Shown: positions 9,988 through 18,346 of the stretch, in pieces
How the letters are laid out: each line of letters opens with the position of its first letter
Position numbering within the stretch: position 1 is the stretch's first letter
Virus record (IMG/VR): IMGVR_UViG_3300044729_002678
Span: 1-64,000 of that record
Length of the DNA stretch: 64,000 nt
Source: a virus
Reading direction: 5' to 3' (one strand)
Notes under the pieces: model-generated
Databases searched by the model: none
What the model saw: the letters and a program-made list of their open reading frames with translations, nothing else
What the model was told of the DNA's origin: nothing
Position numbers and translations under genes: made by a program

Positions 9988-11281
9988 CTACTTTTTTCAG
10001 TTTTGGTAATTCAATCTTTTTAAGTTTAGGTAATTGTAACTGAAGTTGTTGTGGAGCAGAGTCAGCTCCCCACTTATCCAAACATTCTAATAATTTTTTG
10101 GTCATCATATCAAATGTAAAATTATCTTTTGCATATTTACGATTTTTTCTTGATAATTCCAAATATTTGTTATAGTTTTCATAAACAGCTTTCATATAAG
10201 CACCACCCTCACTATGATTTATATTAAACCATTGAGAACCTTTTATCAACCAATCATTTGCAGCGGAATGGTGTATTTCTCCCAACTCACCACCAACCAA
10301 TTGATTAAAACCATTATCCAAAAAGTCCATATGACCACTCCACTTTGATGCAATAATTGGTTTACCACTAATCATTGCTTCCAATAACGGCCTACCAAAT
10401 CCTTCACCTTTTGTAAATGAAACATGGGCTTTAACTTTTGGATGATTATACAATGAATTCATTTCTATATCTGATAAGTCTCCGCTCAAGATATAAATAT
10501 TGGGTAATTTTGTTTCACCTACATTATTCCGTATTATATCAATCCTCTTTTTTAATTCATGCGTATCTACATACGATGGCGCCATCATACTTGTTTTCAA
10601 TATAAGTGCTGGTGGATTTTTCTTTCCCTTAAATGTTTGTAAAAATGTATGAACTAATCCTGCTACATTTTTTCTATCCTGCCCAAACTCACCTGGCAAC
10701 CAATGCCCTACAAAGAGAAAACAAAACTCTTCGGGTATATTACCCAATTCATCTTTTATTGATTGCTCCATTGGTAATTTATTATCATAAACATCCGTAT
10801 CAAACCCTTCAAAAAGAACCTCCATAGGTTTTTCAAGTTTTAACTCACCAACTTTTTGTCCTGTCTTTTCATTCTGCATATCATACTTTACTTGAAAAGT
10901 TGATTTGGCGTGTTCGGATGATACCAATGTCAAATTCATTCTATTACATCCCTCAATAAATTGTGGAGATGACTGATTCGTTTCAATCCCCGCAGTAACA
11001 CCTATGTTATAATTACCAACAGGCTGAAATTCATTGGGTATTGTTATTTGTATCCAAATATCAGGCTTTTGCTGCATTTGCCCTACTATCAACCTAGTAA
11101 CTAAATCATCATCGGTTGGAGAGATTAAAGCATTTTGAGGTGTATTACCCCACCTTTGTGGTAATATCTTCACATCCCACTCAGGCTTTGCTTTAATCAA
11201 ACTCCTTACAAAATCTCTACTACGAGCACCATAACCACTTCGTGTTGCTATGGGGCAACTGACTACACATAACTTTTTCAT
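9974..11281 (-). CDS. GT4-family (GT-B) glycosyltransferase
   Basis: TRSGYG, FLFVGHW..DRKN, GEGFGRPLLEA..GKPIIAS.WSG. Confidence 0.85.
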   Translation of the reverse strand: MKKLCVVSCPIATRSGYGARSRDFVRSLIKAKPEWDVKILPQRWGNTPQNALISPTDDDLVTRLIVGQMQQKPDIWIQITIPNEFQPVGNYNIGVTAGIETNQSSPQFIEGCNRMNLTLVSSEHAKSTFQVKYDMQNEKTGQKVGELKLEKPMEVLFEGFDTDVYDNKLPMEQSIKDELGNIPEEFCFLFVGHWLPGEFGQDRKNVAGLVHTFLQTFKGKKNPPALILKTSMMAPSYVDTHELKKRIDIIRNNVGETKLPNIYILSGDLSDIEMNSLYNHPKVKAHVSFTKGEGFGRPLLEAMISGKPIIASKWSGHMDFLDNGFNQLVGGELGEIHHSAANDWLIKGSQWFNINHSEGGAYMKAVYENYNKYLELSRKNRKYAKDNFTFDMMTKKLLECLDKWGADSAPQQLQLQLPKLKKIELPKLKKVDANG

Positions 11282-12699
11282 GCTTTTACTATTTCAAATT
11301 TTTTACGAGGTTTCCAATTTTGGAATACCACTTCCATACATTCTATAAATGTTTCACCCATTTTTTCGGCTGTCATATTACCATCACCCAATACAAATTG
11401 GCGAGCCGCCATACCTGCTTCAGCTCTTTCATCTGAAGGTGTTTCGTACCACTCTTTAATAGCGTTTCCAAAATCTTCATAATCACACCTATCATCAAAT
11501 ATGTAAGGTGTCATTGGTGAACCCTGCAGAGAACGATTAGAAGGCCATACAGGTTTTACCCACTTACCCCATTCTAACCCACTTATGTATTCTTCCTTAA
11601 CATTATGTAAAGAACCCAATTCCAAGTAATCGTTTTCATCTAAAACCTTATCATTAAATTTGAACCCACATTGGTCTTGCAATCCACCAGTAACATTTAC
11701 TACAATAGGTAATCCAGCTCGCATTCCCTCACAAGTTGCAAGTCCAAATCCTTCATTGGAAGTTAAATTTACAATTAAATCGCCTGAATTATAATATAAG
11801 TTTAATTCTTCGGTAGACATATTTGGTTGAGTAAATACATAATTACCCCCATTAGAGCAATTTTTAATTACTTCAGGTATATCAGTTCCATTTTCATCCA
11901 CAGGATTTGTATGTAAAAATAAACATACCTTATCACGCTTTTCTTTTGGTAATTGTTGAACAAAATGATTAAAAGCAAGGATTAAATCTCCTGGTTGCTT
12001 TCTACGAATATTTCTATTGTTCCATAAGACCACAAATTCCATTTTATCCAAACCATACTTTTTCTTAAATTCCACCAAATTCGGTTCATCTTTTGGTAGT
12101 GGTTTAAAATGCTCAGATACACCATGTGGAACATACCTAAATGTCCAATCAGGTAAATCCAAACCATACTTTTTTAGACATCTTTTGTTGATACCATATG
12201 TTTGTTTTGATATTGCCATCAACAAATCACAGCTGGCGTAAAATGGTGCATTCCACATTGGGTCTGGTAAATCATCCCAAATATTGTAATAAAAAATAGG
12301 AATAACTTGCCTAATTTCATGCTCCATTTGATACAACCAAACCCAATATCTTGGGTCAGTAAAGTGTAGAATAGCATCAGGTCTTTCAATATTAATTAAT
12401 TGACGAACAATATCAGGATTTCCATACCCATTTGTGCAATAAATTTTAAGTGATGCGTCCTCTACCCCAGTTTCTTTTTGAGCATCCTGTGATATATCCA
12501 AAATCTTTCCATTATCAGGATGATTTAGGGCTGCTCCTAATTGAACCCAATCGTATTTATGAAGTGTTTTTAAAACGAATTCTTTGGATTGTGTTGCTAT
12601 ACCACTATGTAATCTTAAATCATCTGAAAGAAGTAATATCTTCTTTTTCTTTGGTTTGTTAGGGTCTATTTTCCTAAGCGTTGGTAATTTTAATTCCAT
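11278..12699 (-). CDS. GT4-family (GT-B) glycosyltransferase
   Basis: HSGIA, VPHG, NRNIRRKQ, NEGFGLATCEGMRAGLPIV. Start moved to MELKLP (12699) from the ORF-track start at 12747. Confidence 0.85.
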   Translation of the reverse strand: MELKLPTLRKIDPNKPKKKKILLLSDDLRLHSGIATQSKEFVLKTLHKYDWVQLGAALNHPDNGKILDISQDAQKETGVEDASLKIYCTNGYGNPDIVRQLINIERPDAILHFTDPRYWVWLYQMEHEIRQVIPIFYYNIWDDLPDPMWNAPFYASCDLLMAISKQTYGINKRCLKKYGLDLPDWTFRYVPHGVSEHFKPLPKDEPNLVEFKKKYGLDKMEFVVLWNNRNIRRKQPGDLILAFNHFVQQLPKEKRDKVCLFLHTNPVDENGTDIPEVIKNCSNGGNYVFTQPNMSTEELNLYYNSGDLIVNLTSNEGFGLATCEGMRAGLPIVVNVTGGLQDQCGFKFNDKVLDENDYLELGSLHNVKEEYISGLEWGKWVKPVWPSNRSLQGSPMTPYIFDDRCDYEDFGNAIKEWYETPSDERAEAGMAARQFVLGDGNMTAEKMGETFIECMEVVFQNWKPRKKFEIVKA

Positions 12700-12736
12700 A
12701 TTTTTTTCGTAACTAACTTTATAATAAATACAATTT

Positions 12737-13135
12737 CTACCCAACAAAAGTTGCTTTTGAGCCGGATATTTTCAACATTTTTTTAAAATGGTTTAATTCC
12801 ATATGGGAAATTTCACCAAAGTAAATTATCTTATCACTATTCTTCGCAATCAATTCATATTGGTGTAATTTTTGGGTTGGATGATAGGGTTTATCATAAT
12901 AAGATTCGTTCATCCCACTATAGAGGTTCATTGGAGTGGATGCGGAATTATATTCAATATACTTAACACCCATCTCCAATGCCCACTTTTTAACCCACTT
13001 TTCAACGCCATTTTGATTACCCCTCGTAATCAATATTAAATCATCACCATATGTATTTTTCAACTTAAAAACCAAATCTTTTATTTCCATTCGGTTTTCA
13101 TACCTATCGCTACCTACCAATGAAATCCTGACCAT
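12737..13135 (-). CDS. SLOG-superfamily (DUF2493/YspA-like) protein
   Basis: ISLVGSDRY..LITRGNQNGVE.WVKKWA fits the GSR..HGGA.GAD pattern. Start taken at MVRIS. Confidence 0.55.
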   Translation of the reverse strand: MVRISLVGSDRYENRMEIKDLVFKLKNTYGDDLILITRGNQNGVEKWVKKWALEMGVKYIEYNSASTPMNLYSGMNESYYDKPYHPTQKLHQYELIAKNSDKIIYFGEISHMELNHFKKMLKISGSKATFVG

Positions 13136-14153
13136 ATCTTTTCTCTTGTAAAATCTTGGTTTTTGAACCATGTTTTTTCTCATATACATCTAATAAAAAA
13201 TCAGTTTTAATTCTTTCTTTTTTAGAACACAAATCGTTTCTATCCTTAAAAGGACAAAACTTACATTGTTTACTATTATAACCTGCGGTTGCTGGAAACT
13301 CACCATCCTGTTTAAAACTACCATCGGTATTAAAAACTTCTTTTACAAAGTTTTCAAAAACACCTACTGTCTTTTTAAGGGTTCTACCACCATTTGCTGG
13401 TGAAAAGTTTTGTAACCTACTAACACCATACATTATTGCCTCATTCAACTTTCTTTTTAATATCAAATACTTTACATCAATCTTTTTTTGGTCAATCTCA
13501 AATTGCTTCGAAAAGTAATGCTTGTATAGGATAAGTTGTGCAATTTTAGTATCATCTGCTTTTTGATAACTGTTCCAACCATTGGTGGAAGTTTTAATAT
13601 CCAATATTAAAATATCACCAGTGTTAATATCCTCAAAAACGAGGTCTAAATAACCTACAATTTTTAGGTTTTCATAACCTTCTAATATAGGTTGGTATAT
13701 TTTAGTTTCAATACCAAATAGCTTCCACTTCCTGGTAGAAAAAAGTTCAACTCTATTCTTTTTTAATTCATTTAATATTTCAACCCCATCTAAATAAAAC
13801 TCATTCATTTGGGATTTTGTAATCCATTCCTTTAAATCATCCCGCTTTTCTGATAAAGATTTATACTCCTTTGCCATAGTATCCCTAAGTAAAGTAGATA
13901 AATCCATTTCATCGGATTCTAATGGTGATTTTGTAAAAAGAGTTTTTAACCATTCTTGAATAGTTTCATGCATACTTGTCCCAAAAAGGAGGTGTATGGA
14001 TGGTTCATCTTCTTTATGACCATCCATATATGTAAGTTTCCATTTCTTTGGGCAATTTGCCCACATAGTAAATTGAGAATATGAAACCTTTACATCACCC
14101 GCACTTTCAGGCAAAGTAGTGAAATCAAGTATGCTATTAAACTCCTTTTTCAT
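13110..14153 (-). CDS. PD-(D/E)XK exonuclease, RecB/AddB/Cas4-like, with Fe-S-type cysteines
   Basis: SYSQ..CPKKW, FGTSMHE, GYLDLV, LDIKTS, QLILY, CKFCPF..C. Confidence 0.8.
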   Translation of the reverse strand: MKKEFNSILDFTTLPESAGDVKVSYSQFTMWANCPKKWKLTYMDGHKEDEPSIHLLFGTSMHETIQEWLKTLFTKSPLESDEMDLSTLLRDTMAKEYKSLSEKRDDLKEWITKSQMNEFYLDGVEILNELKKNRVELFSTRKWKLFGIETKIYQPILEGYENLKIVGYLDLVFEDINTGDILILDIKTSTNGWNSYQKADDTKIAQLILYKHYFSKQFEIDQKKIDVKYLILKRKLNEAIMYGVSRLQNFSPANGGRTLKKTVGVFENFVKEVFNTDGSFKQDGEFPATAGYNSKQCKFCPFKDRNDLCSKKERIKTDFLLDVYEKKHGSKTKILQEKRYGQDFIGR

Positions 14154-14403
14154 AATCCATTAAAAATGCTGGGAATGATTCTTTTCCATTCAAGCCCATA
14201 ATGTTAAACTCAAAGTAATCATATGCCTCATCAAAAGTCATTCCACTTTCCCTAAGTTTTGATAAAATACACGTGATAGAGTATAGTATTTTTGGTTCGG
14301 CTTCGGCTTGAATAACTTTACCTAATATACATTCATCAAACCCATCCAGCATTACCATACCTTCATATATATCATCCAATATACTATTTACCCCATTTTC
14401 CAT
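14137..14403 (-). CDS. Conserved phage hypothetical protein
   Basis: DGFDECILG..GMTFDEAYDYFEFNI.G pattern, which I recognise from large-phage hypotheticals. Confidence 0.6.
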   Translation of the reverse strand: MENGVNSILDDIYEGMVMLDGFDECILGKVIQAEAEPKILYSITCILSKLRESGMTFDEAYDYFEFNIMGLNGKESFPAFLMDYEKGV

Positions 14404-14734
14404 TTTGTACCATTTGAGCGATTATACCATATACTGAAAGGTCTTGGAATGTATCTTGCACAGATTCACCAACTTCATCGGGATGACCCAATACTACTAA
14501 TTGTTTTAAACGATTAATCTTATCGTTCATCCTAAACCATAATCCGGTGAGTGATAATTTTATATCATCCGGCGTTTGAAGTTGAGTTCCAACCGAAATA
14601 TTTCCTGGCCCATAATTCCTCTGCTTTTTACAGAAGGTTTCATATTGTTCCCACATAATTCGTTTGTATTCATCCATCATTTCAGGATAAACTCTTTCAC
14701 AATACTCTGTTGCTGTTTCTTGGTTATTTTTCAT
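14384..14734 (-). CDS. DUF1599 / nucleotide-modification-associated all-alpha protein
   Basis: KKQRNYG..NI..RMNDKINRL..ESVQDTFQDLSVYGII signature. Confidence 0.7.
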   Translation of the reverse strand: MKNNQETATEYCERVYPEMMDEYKRIMWEQYETFCKKQRNYGPGNISVGTQLQTPDDIKLSLTGLWFRMNDKINRLKQLVVLGHPDEVGESVQDTFQDLSVYGIIAQMVQNGKWGK

Positions 14735-15197
14735 CTTTATACATTTTATCTATTTCGGAATCTTTTACTCCATATTTTTTTATAATTGTTCTAATCTCCG
14801 CCTCTGTCAGCATCTCACAATACTCTTCGGCTTCTCTCGTTGATATCTCATAGTATTTACAAATATACGAAATAATTTCATCAGAAACAAAGTTTTTTCC
14901 GGTTTTTTTAATATATTTGTCAAAAGTTTTTTTCTTTGGTAAAAAATCAAAATACACCTTATAAACACTTCGGGCATCTAAATAACCATTAGTATATTGT
15001 TGAACTTCATTGATTAACTCAACAAATTCCATATTCATACTCAACCAACGATTAGCCAAATAGATATTAAATGATTTTTTATCAGCCTCTGAAAGAGTTT
15101 CCCATTTTGTTTTGTTCTCCTTCAAACCCGATAAATGTTCAAAAAGGGTTTTGGTTTTTATTACCCCACCCGAATCATTGCTTTTTTTCTTCGGCAT
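14724..15197 (-). CDS. Clamp-loader small subunit (T4 gp62-like)
   Basis: F..YLANRWLSM..INEVQ..Y.F..LPKKK.F.KYIK..ICKYYEIS.REAEEY; close to the clamp-loader ATPase. Start taken at MPKKK. Confidence 0.65.
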   Translation of the reverse strand: MPKKKSNDSGGVIKTKTLFEHLSGLKENKTKWETLSEADKKSFNIYLANRWLSMNMEFVELINEVQQYTNGYLDARSVYKVYFDFLPKKKTFDKYIKKTGKNFVSDEIISYICKYYEISTREAEEYCEMLTEAEIRTIIKKYGVKDSEIDKMYKDEK

Positions 15198-15459
15198 CGT
15201 TAAATAAACCTTTTGGTACAAACTTTGGATGAACAGTCCCACACTCACTACAAATAACCACAGGTATTGGAATCATAGATGCCTGTCCCGTTGGAGATTG
15301 AATCGCTGGTAGTTCTTTGAACATCATTCTCTCCTCAAAAAATATACCATTACAATTTGGACAACTAACTGTTTGTAGTTTTGTTGGGTCTACATTAAAC
15401 CCAATTTGTTCGTTCTTTTGTTTAGGGTTACTTCCCTTAAAATCTACTATTTTTGCCAT
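15175..15459 (-). CDS. Small Zn-ribbon protein
   Basis: CPNC...CSECG cysteine pairs. Confidence 0.6.
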   Translation of the reverse strand: MAKIVDFKGSNPKQKNEQIGFNVDPTKLQTVSCPNCNGIFFEERMMFKELPAIQSPTGQASMIPIPVVICSECGTVHPKFVPKGLFNDAEEKKQ

Positions 15460-15465
15460 TTTTTT

Positions 15466-16377
15466 TTACATTAAAATATTTACAAACATTGCCATTACAT
15501 TTATTTCTTTATCCACAACCAAAGAATCTTTGTATTGTGCTTCCGCAATATTAACTATGGTCACACCAACTTTATTTCCAGCATACTCATCAACCCTTTC
15601 ATACAACATAGAATATAATTTAGTGTAATCCCTTATTCGAGAATCAGCCAATATTTGACGGATTGCATTGAATTTCGTTTTAGTATCAGAACCACTTTTT
15701 AGTATATCTATAATTTTTTCAGCATAGGTCAATTCAATAGTAGATTGTTTATCAATAACTAATTTACCATTTATGATTTGCCTTTGTGCTGAATTTATTA
15801 CCCTGCGAATATCGGGATAACCACTATTAACAATTGGCGCCAAATCCTGCATTTCGAATTGGATACCCTCATTTACTAAAATATCATTCAACCTTTTAGC
15901 AACTTCTTTTTTAGATGGTGGTATAATTTCAAATAATTGACACCTACTTTGAATTGGTGGTAAAATTTTTTCAGGATGATTACAAGTCAATATAAATCTC
16001 GTACTCTTACTGAATGTTTCCATAAGATTACGAAGTGCTGCCTGAGTAAATGATGTTAAGTAATCAGCCTCATCTAATATTACTATTTTCCAAGTTTTAA
16101 ACCCAACCGATGCAGCAAATCCTCTGATTTTATCTCTCAATGTATCAATACCCCTTTCATCGGAAGCATTGATATACATATAATCACAATCAATACCATG
16201 CACTATAATTTTAGCAAGTGTTGTCTTACCTGTTCCAGCAGCACCATGCAATAGTAAGTGCGGAACATCATTATTTTCAATGTATATTTTTATTTTTTCT
16301 AAAATATATTCATTTCCAATATATCCTTCAAGACTCCCCGGTCTAAATTTCTCCACCCACAAACTATTTTCGTTCAT
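15466..16377 (-). CDS. Clamp-loader AAA+ subunit (T4 gp44/RFC-like)
   Basis: LWVEKFRP, GAAGTGKT, INASDERGID, LDEAD, SRC motifs. Confidence 0.95.
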   Translation of the reverse strand: MNENSLWVEKFRPGSLEGYIGNEYILEKIKIYIENNDVPHLLLHGAAGTGKTTLAKIIVHGIDCDYMYINASDERGIDTLRDKIRGFAASVGFKTWKIVILDEADYLTSFTQAALRNLMETFSKSTRFILTCNHPEKILPPIQSRCQLFEIIPPSKKEVAKRLNDILVNEGIQFEMQDLAPIVNSGYPDIRRVINSAQRQIINGKLVIDKQSTIELTYAEKIIDILKSGSDTKTKFNAIRQILADSRIRDYTKLYSMLYERVDEYAGNKVGVTIVNIAEAQYKDSLVVDKEINVMAMFVNILM

Positions 16378-17591
16378 CTTCCTACTTCTTTTAAATATTT
16401 TTCTTTCGATTGTTCCCAGCTCATTCCTATAATATCAACATAAAATAAACTTTCAGGTTTAATTCTCCCTTCATCAAACAAGGTGGTGTATCTACGAATT
16501 GCTTTGGGTTTCCACCAATTTATCGTATATTCATCACCCTTAACAAACTTATCTTTCATAACCAATTCTTCTTCACTTATCTTTCCCTGAAGAAATTCGT
16601 TACCATTCTCATAGAATGGCGCAAGATACACCCCTCGTTTGAATCCGTGATCGTAAGTATCGGATTTAATACCAAGCTCTTTGTAAATTTGGTGTATGAT
16701 TTTTTGTTTTATCCCACTAACAGGCCCGTTTCTTTCGTAACCCATATTCGCACCATTTCTCTCCCTCTCTTCCGTTATTTCCCTCTTATACCAATCTGAA
16801 TGGTTTTCTTTTAACCATTGATGCCACGGGTCATACACACTATCATCAGGCTTAATACTAATCTTACCCTTACTTTCCCCCAAAGTTTTAAAATGAGGTA
16901 TTCCATTATATTGAGAGTGAATTCCATACAATGAAGTCGTTCCTAATGCTATCAATACATTATCATACTTCTTTTTCCAATAATTTCTAACAATTGGCGA
17001 TGTAGCAAGTGCGGCAATTAATTTACCACCTAAAAAGTTATAACCAAATGGTTGTGTAGAAACAATCGTAGTTGCGATACTCGTATTGTTTAACTTCCCT
17101 TCTTTAAACTTATTATCCTTACTCCACCCAATGTAGGCATCTCTTACACCCAAAGATGTAATATCAGAACCTAATGAAATTTGCCCTAAAATCTTTCCAC
17201 TAACCTTATCCTTTACATAAATCTTTACATTTCGACCAGGATTAGCAACAAACTCCATCGTATGGATTAGTTTTCGGATTTCTGTCCAACGAGTGGATTC
17301 CTTCGCATTATCATCAACAATTTCTACATAAGGTTCTAATGCCCCTATCTCCGAAATGGTCAATTCTTTATTGTAAATATCCGTAGGAAACCACAGTGAT
17401 TCATAGTGAAGAGCGATATTTGCTTTTTTGGGCATGGTGTTTTTTAGGTCACCATTCCATTCTTGCCACTTTTTGTAAAGTGTCTGCTCTTCTACTGACA
17501 TTGATGATAGATAGTTCAAATTATCAATGAACTTCTTTTTTTCAACATCATAGTTGAATTCAGGTTTCGTTGGTTCAGTATCCCAAAACAT
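16374..17591 (-). CDS. DUF4338/DruA-like protein (long form)
   Basis: NPGRN..LG.ISLGSD..RDAYIGW, QPFGYNFLGGKLIA, W..KY, TTSLYG.HSQYNG, LGESKG. Confidence 0.7.
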   Translation of the reverse strand: MFWDTEPTKPEFNYDVEKKKFIDNLNYLSSMSVEEQTLYKKWQEWNGDLKNTMPKKANIALHYESLWFPTDIYNKELTISEIGALEPYVEIVDDNAKESTRWTEIRKLIHTMEFVANPGRNVKIYVKDKVSGKILGQISLGSDITSLGVRDAYIGWSKDNKFKEGKLNNTSIATTIVSTQPFGYNFLGGKLIAALATSPIVRNYWKKKYDNVLIALGTTSLYGIHSQYNGIPHFKTLGESKGKISIKPDDSVYDPWHQWLKENHSDWYKREITEERERNGANMGYERNGPVSGIKQKIIHQIYKELGIKSDTYDHGFKRGVYLAPFYENGNEFLQGKISEEELVMKDKFVKGDEYTINWWKPKAIRRYTTLFDEGRIKPESLFYVDIIGMSWEQSKEKYLKEVGR

Positions 17592-17592
17592 A

Positions 17593-18291
17593 TTACTTCA
17601 CTTCAACTAAATAGTATTCAGATTTATAACCCTCACTCTCAAAAGAACATTGCGCCAAACCAGCAGTTGCAATTTTCATAATTGCTGATTTTGGTGATTT
17701 GTTTGCATTCAAAATTTCTTTCAAATACTTTGCTGAAAATGAAATTGGTTGAATTGAATCCTTACTACACTTACAATCAACTTTAATAGAAATTCTATTT
17801 GAGTTAATTTTAGCATATCCCAAAATGATTTCACCTTTACCACCTTTACATTGGAATGTAAAAGTATCAGATTCGTTCAACGCACTTTTTGATTTAATGA
17901 ACCTATTAATAAATTCATCACTCAAAACAATTTCAGATTCAAACTCAGGAATTTGTTTGATATCAGGCACCGCAGGAATAACCGAAACATCAGCCATCAT
18001 ATAATTCACAGTTGTTGAATTATCGGAAAACTCCAATGCAGCACTTCCAGCAGTTACATTGATGTTAGCATCCAACACACCCAATAGATTTTTTAATTGA
18101 GATGTTGTATATACTCCGAATTCACCATTAGCGAACTCACCATCTTCAGATGTAACTGTCCCAAGTAGGGTTTTATCATCTGAAATGAATTTTACACTCA
18201 TACCATCATCGGTTGATACAAGTTTTACAGATTCAATTTCACCACCAAGATTATAGCGGCTAATGAATCCTTCCAAAGAGATTTTTTTCAT
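17593..18291 (-). CDS. Sliding clamp (T4 gp45-like)
   Basis: Size, EFGVY..SQL..LLGVL motif, C-terminal YYLVE; lies between PolB and the clamp loader. Confidence 0.75.
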   Translation of the reverse strand: MKKISLEGFISRYNLGGEIESVKLVSTDDGMSVKFISDDKTLLGTVTSEDGEFANGEFGVYTTSQLKNLLGVLDANINVTAGSAALEFSDNSTTVNYMMADVSVIPAVPDIKQIPEFESEIVLSDEFINRFIKSKSALNESDTFTFQCKGGKGEIILGYAKINSNRISIKVDCKCSKDSIQPISFSAKYLKEILNANKSPKSAIMKIATAGLAQCSFESEGYKSEYYLVEVK

Positions 18292-18314
18292 AGTTTTTTA
18301 TTTTTTATTTTTAT

Positions 18315-18346
18315 ACAATATACGAATAATTTTCTTAAAATCCAAA
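18315..18346 (-). promoter_or_regulatory. Bacteroidota-type sigma promoter upstream of the clamp gene
   Basis: Minus strand TTTG-N20-TATATTGT. Confidence 0.65.

Noticed and set aside
13110-14153. Cas4 / CRISPR-Cas locus
   Set aside because: No cas1/cas2 or array; stand-alone Cas4-like exonucleases are common in phage replication modules.
15509-15517. Additional TTATCCACA DnaA boxes (also 43823-43831)
   Set aside because: Inside coding sequence (Val-Asp-Lys codons) and without the rest of the cassette; compatible with chance.
16374-17591. Complete Druantia defence system
   Set aside because: No DruE-like large helicase or DruB-D candidates in the window; the gene is coupled to replisome genes.
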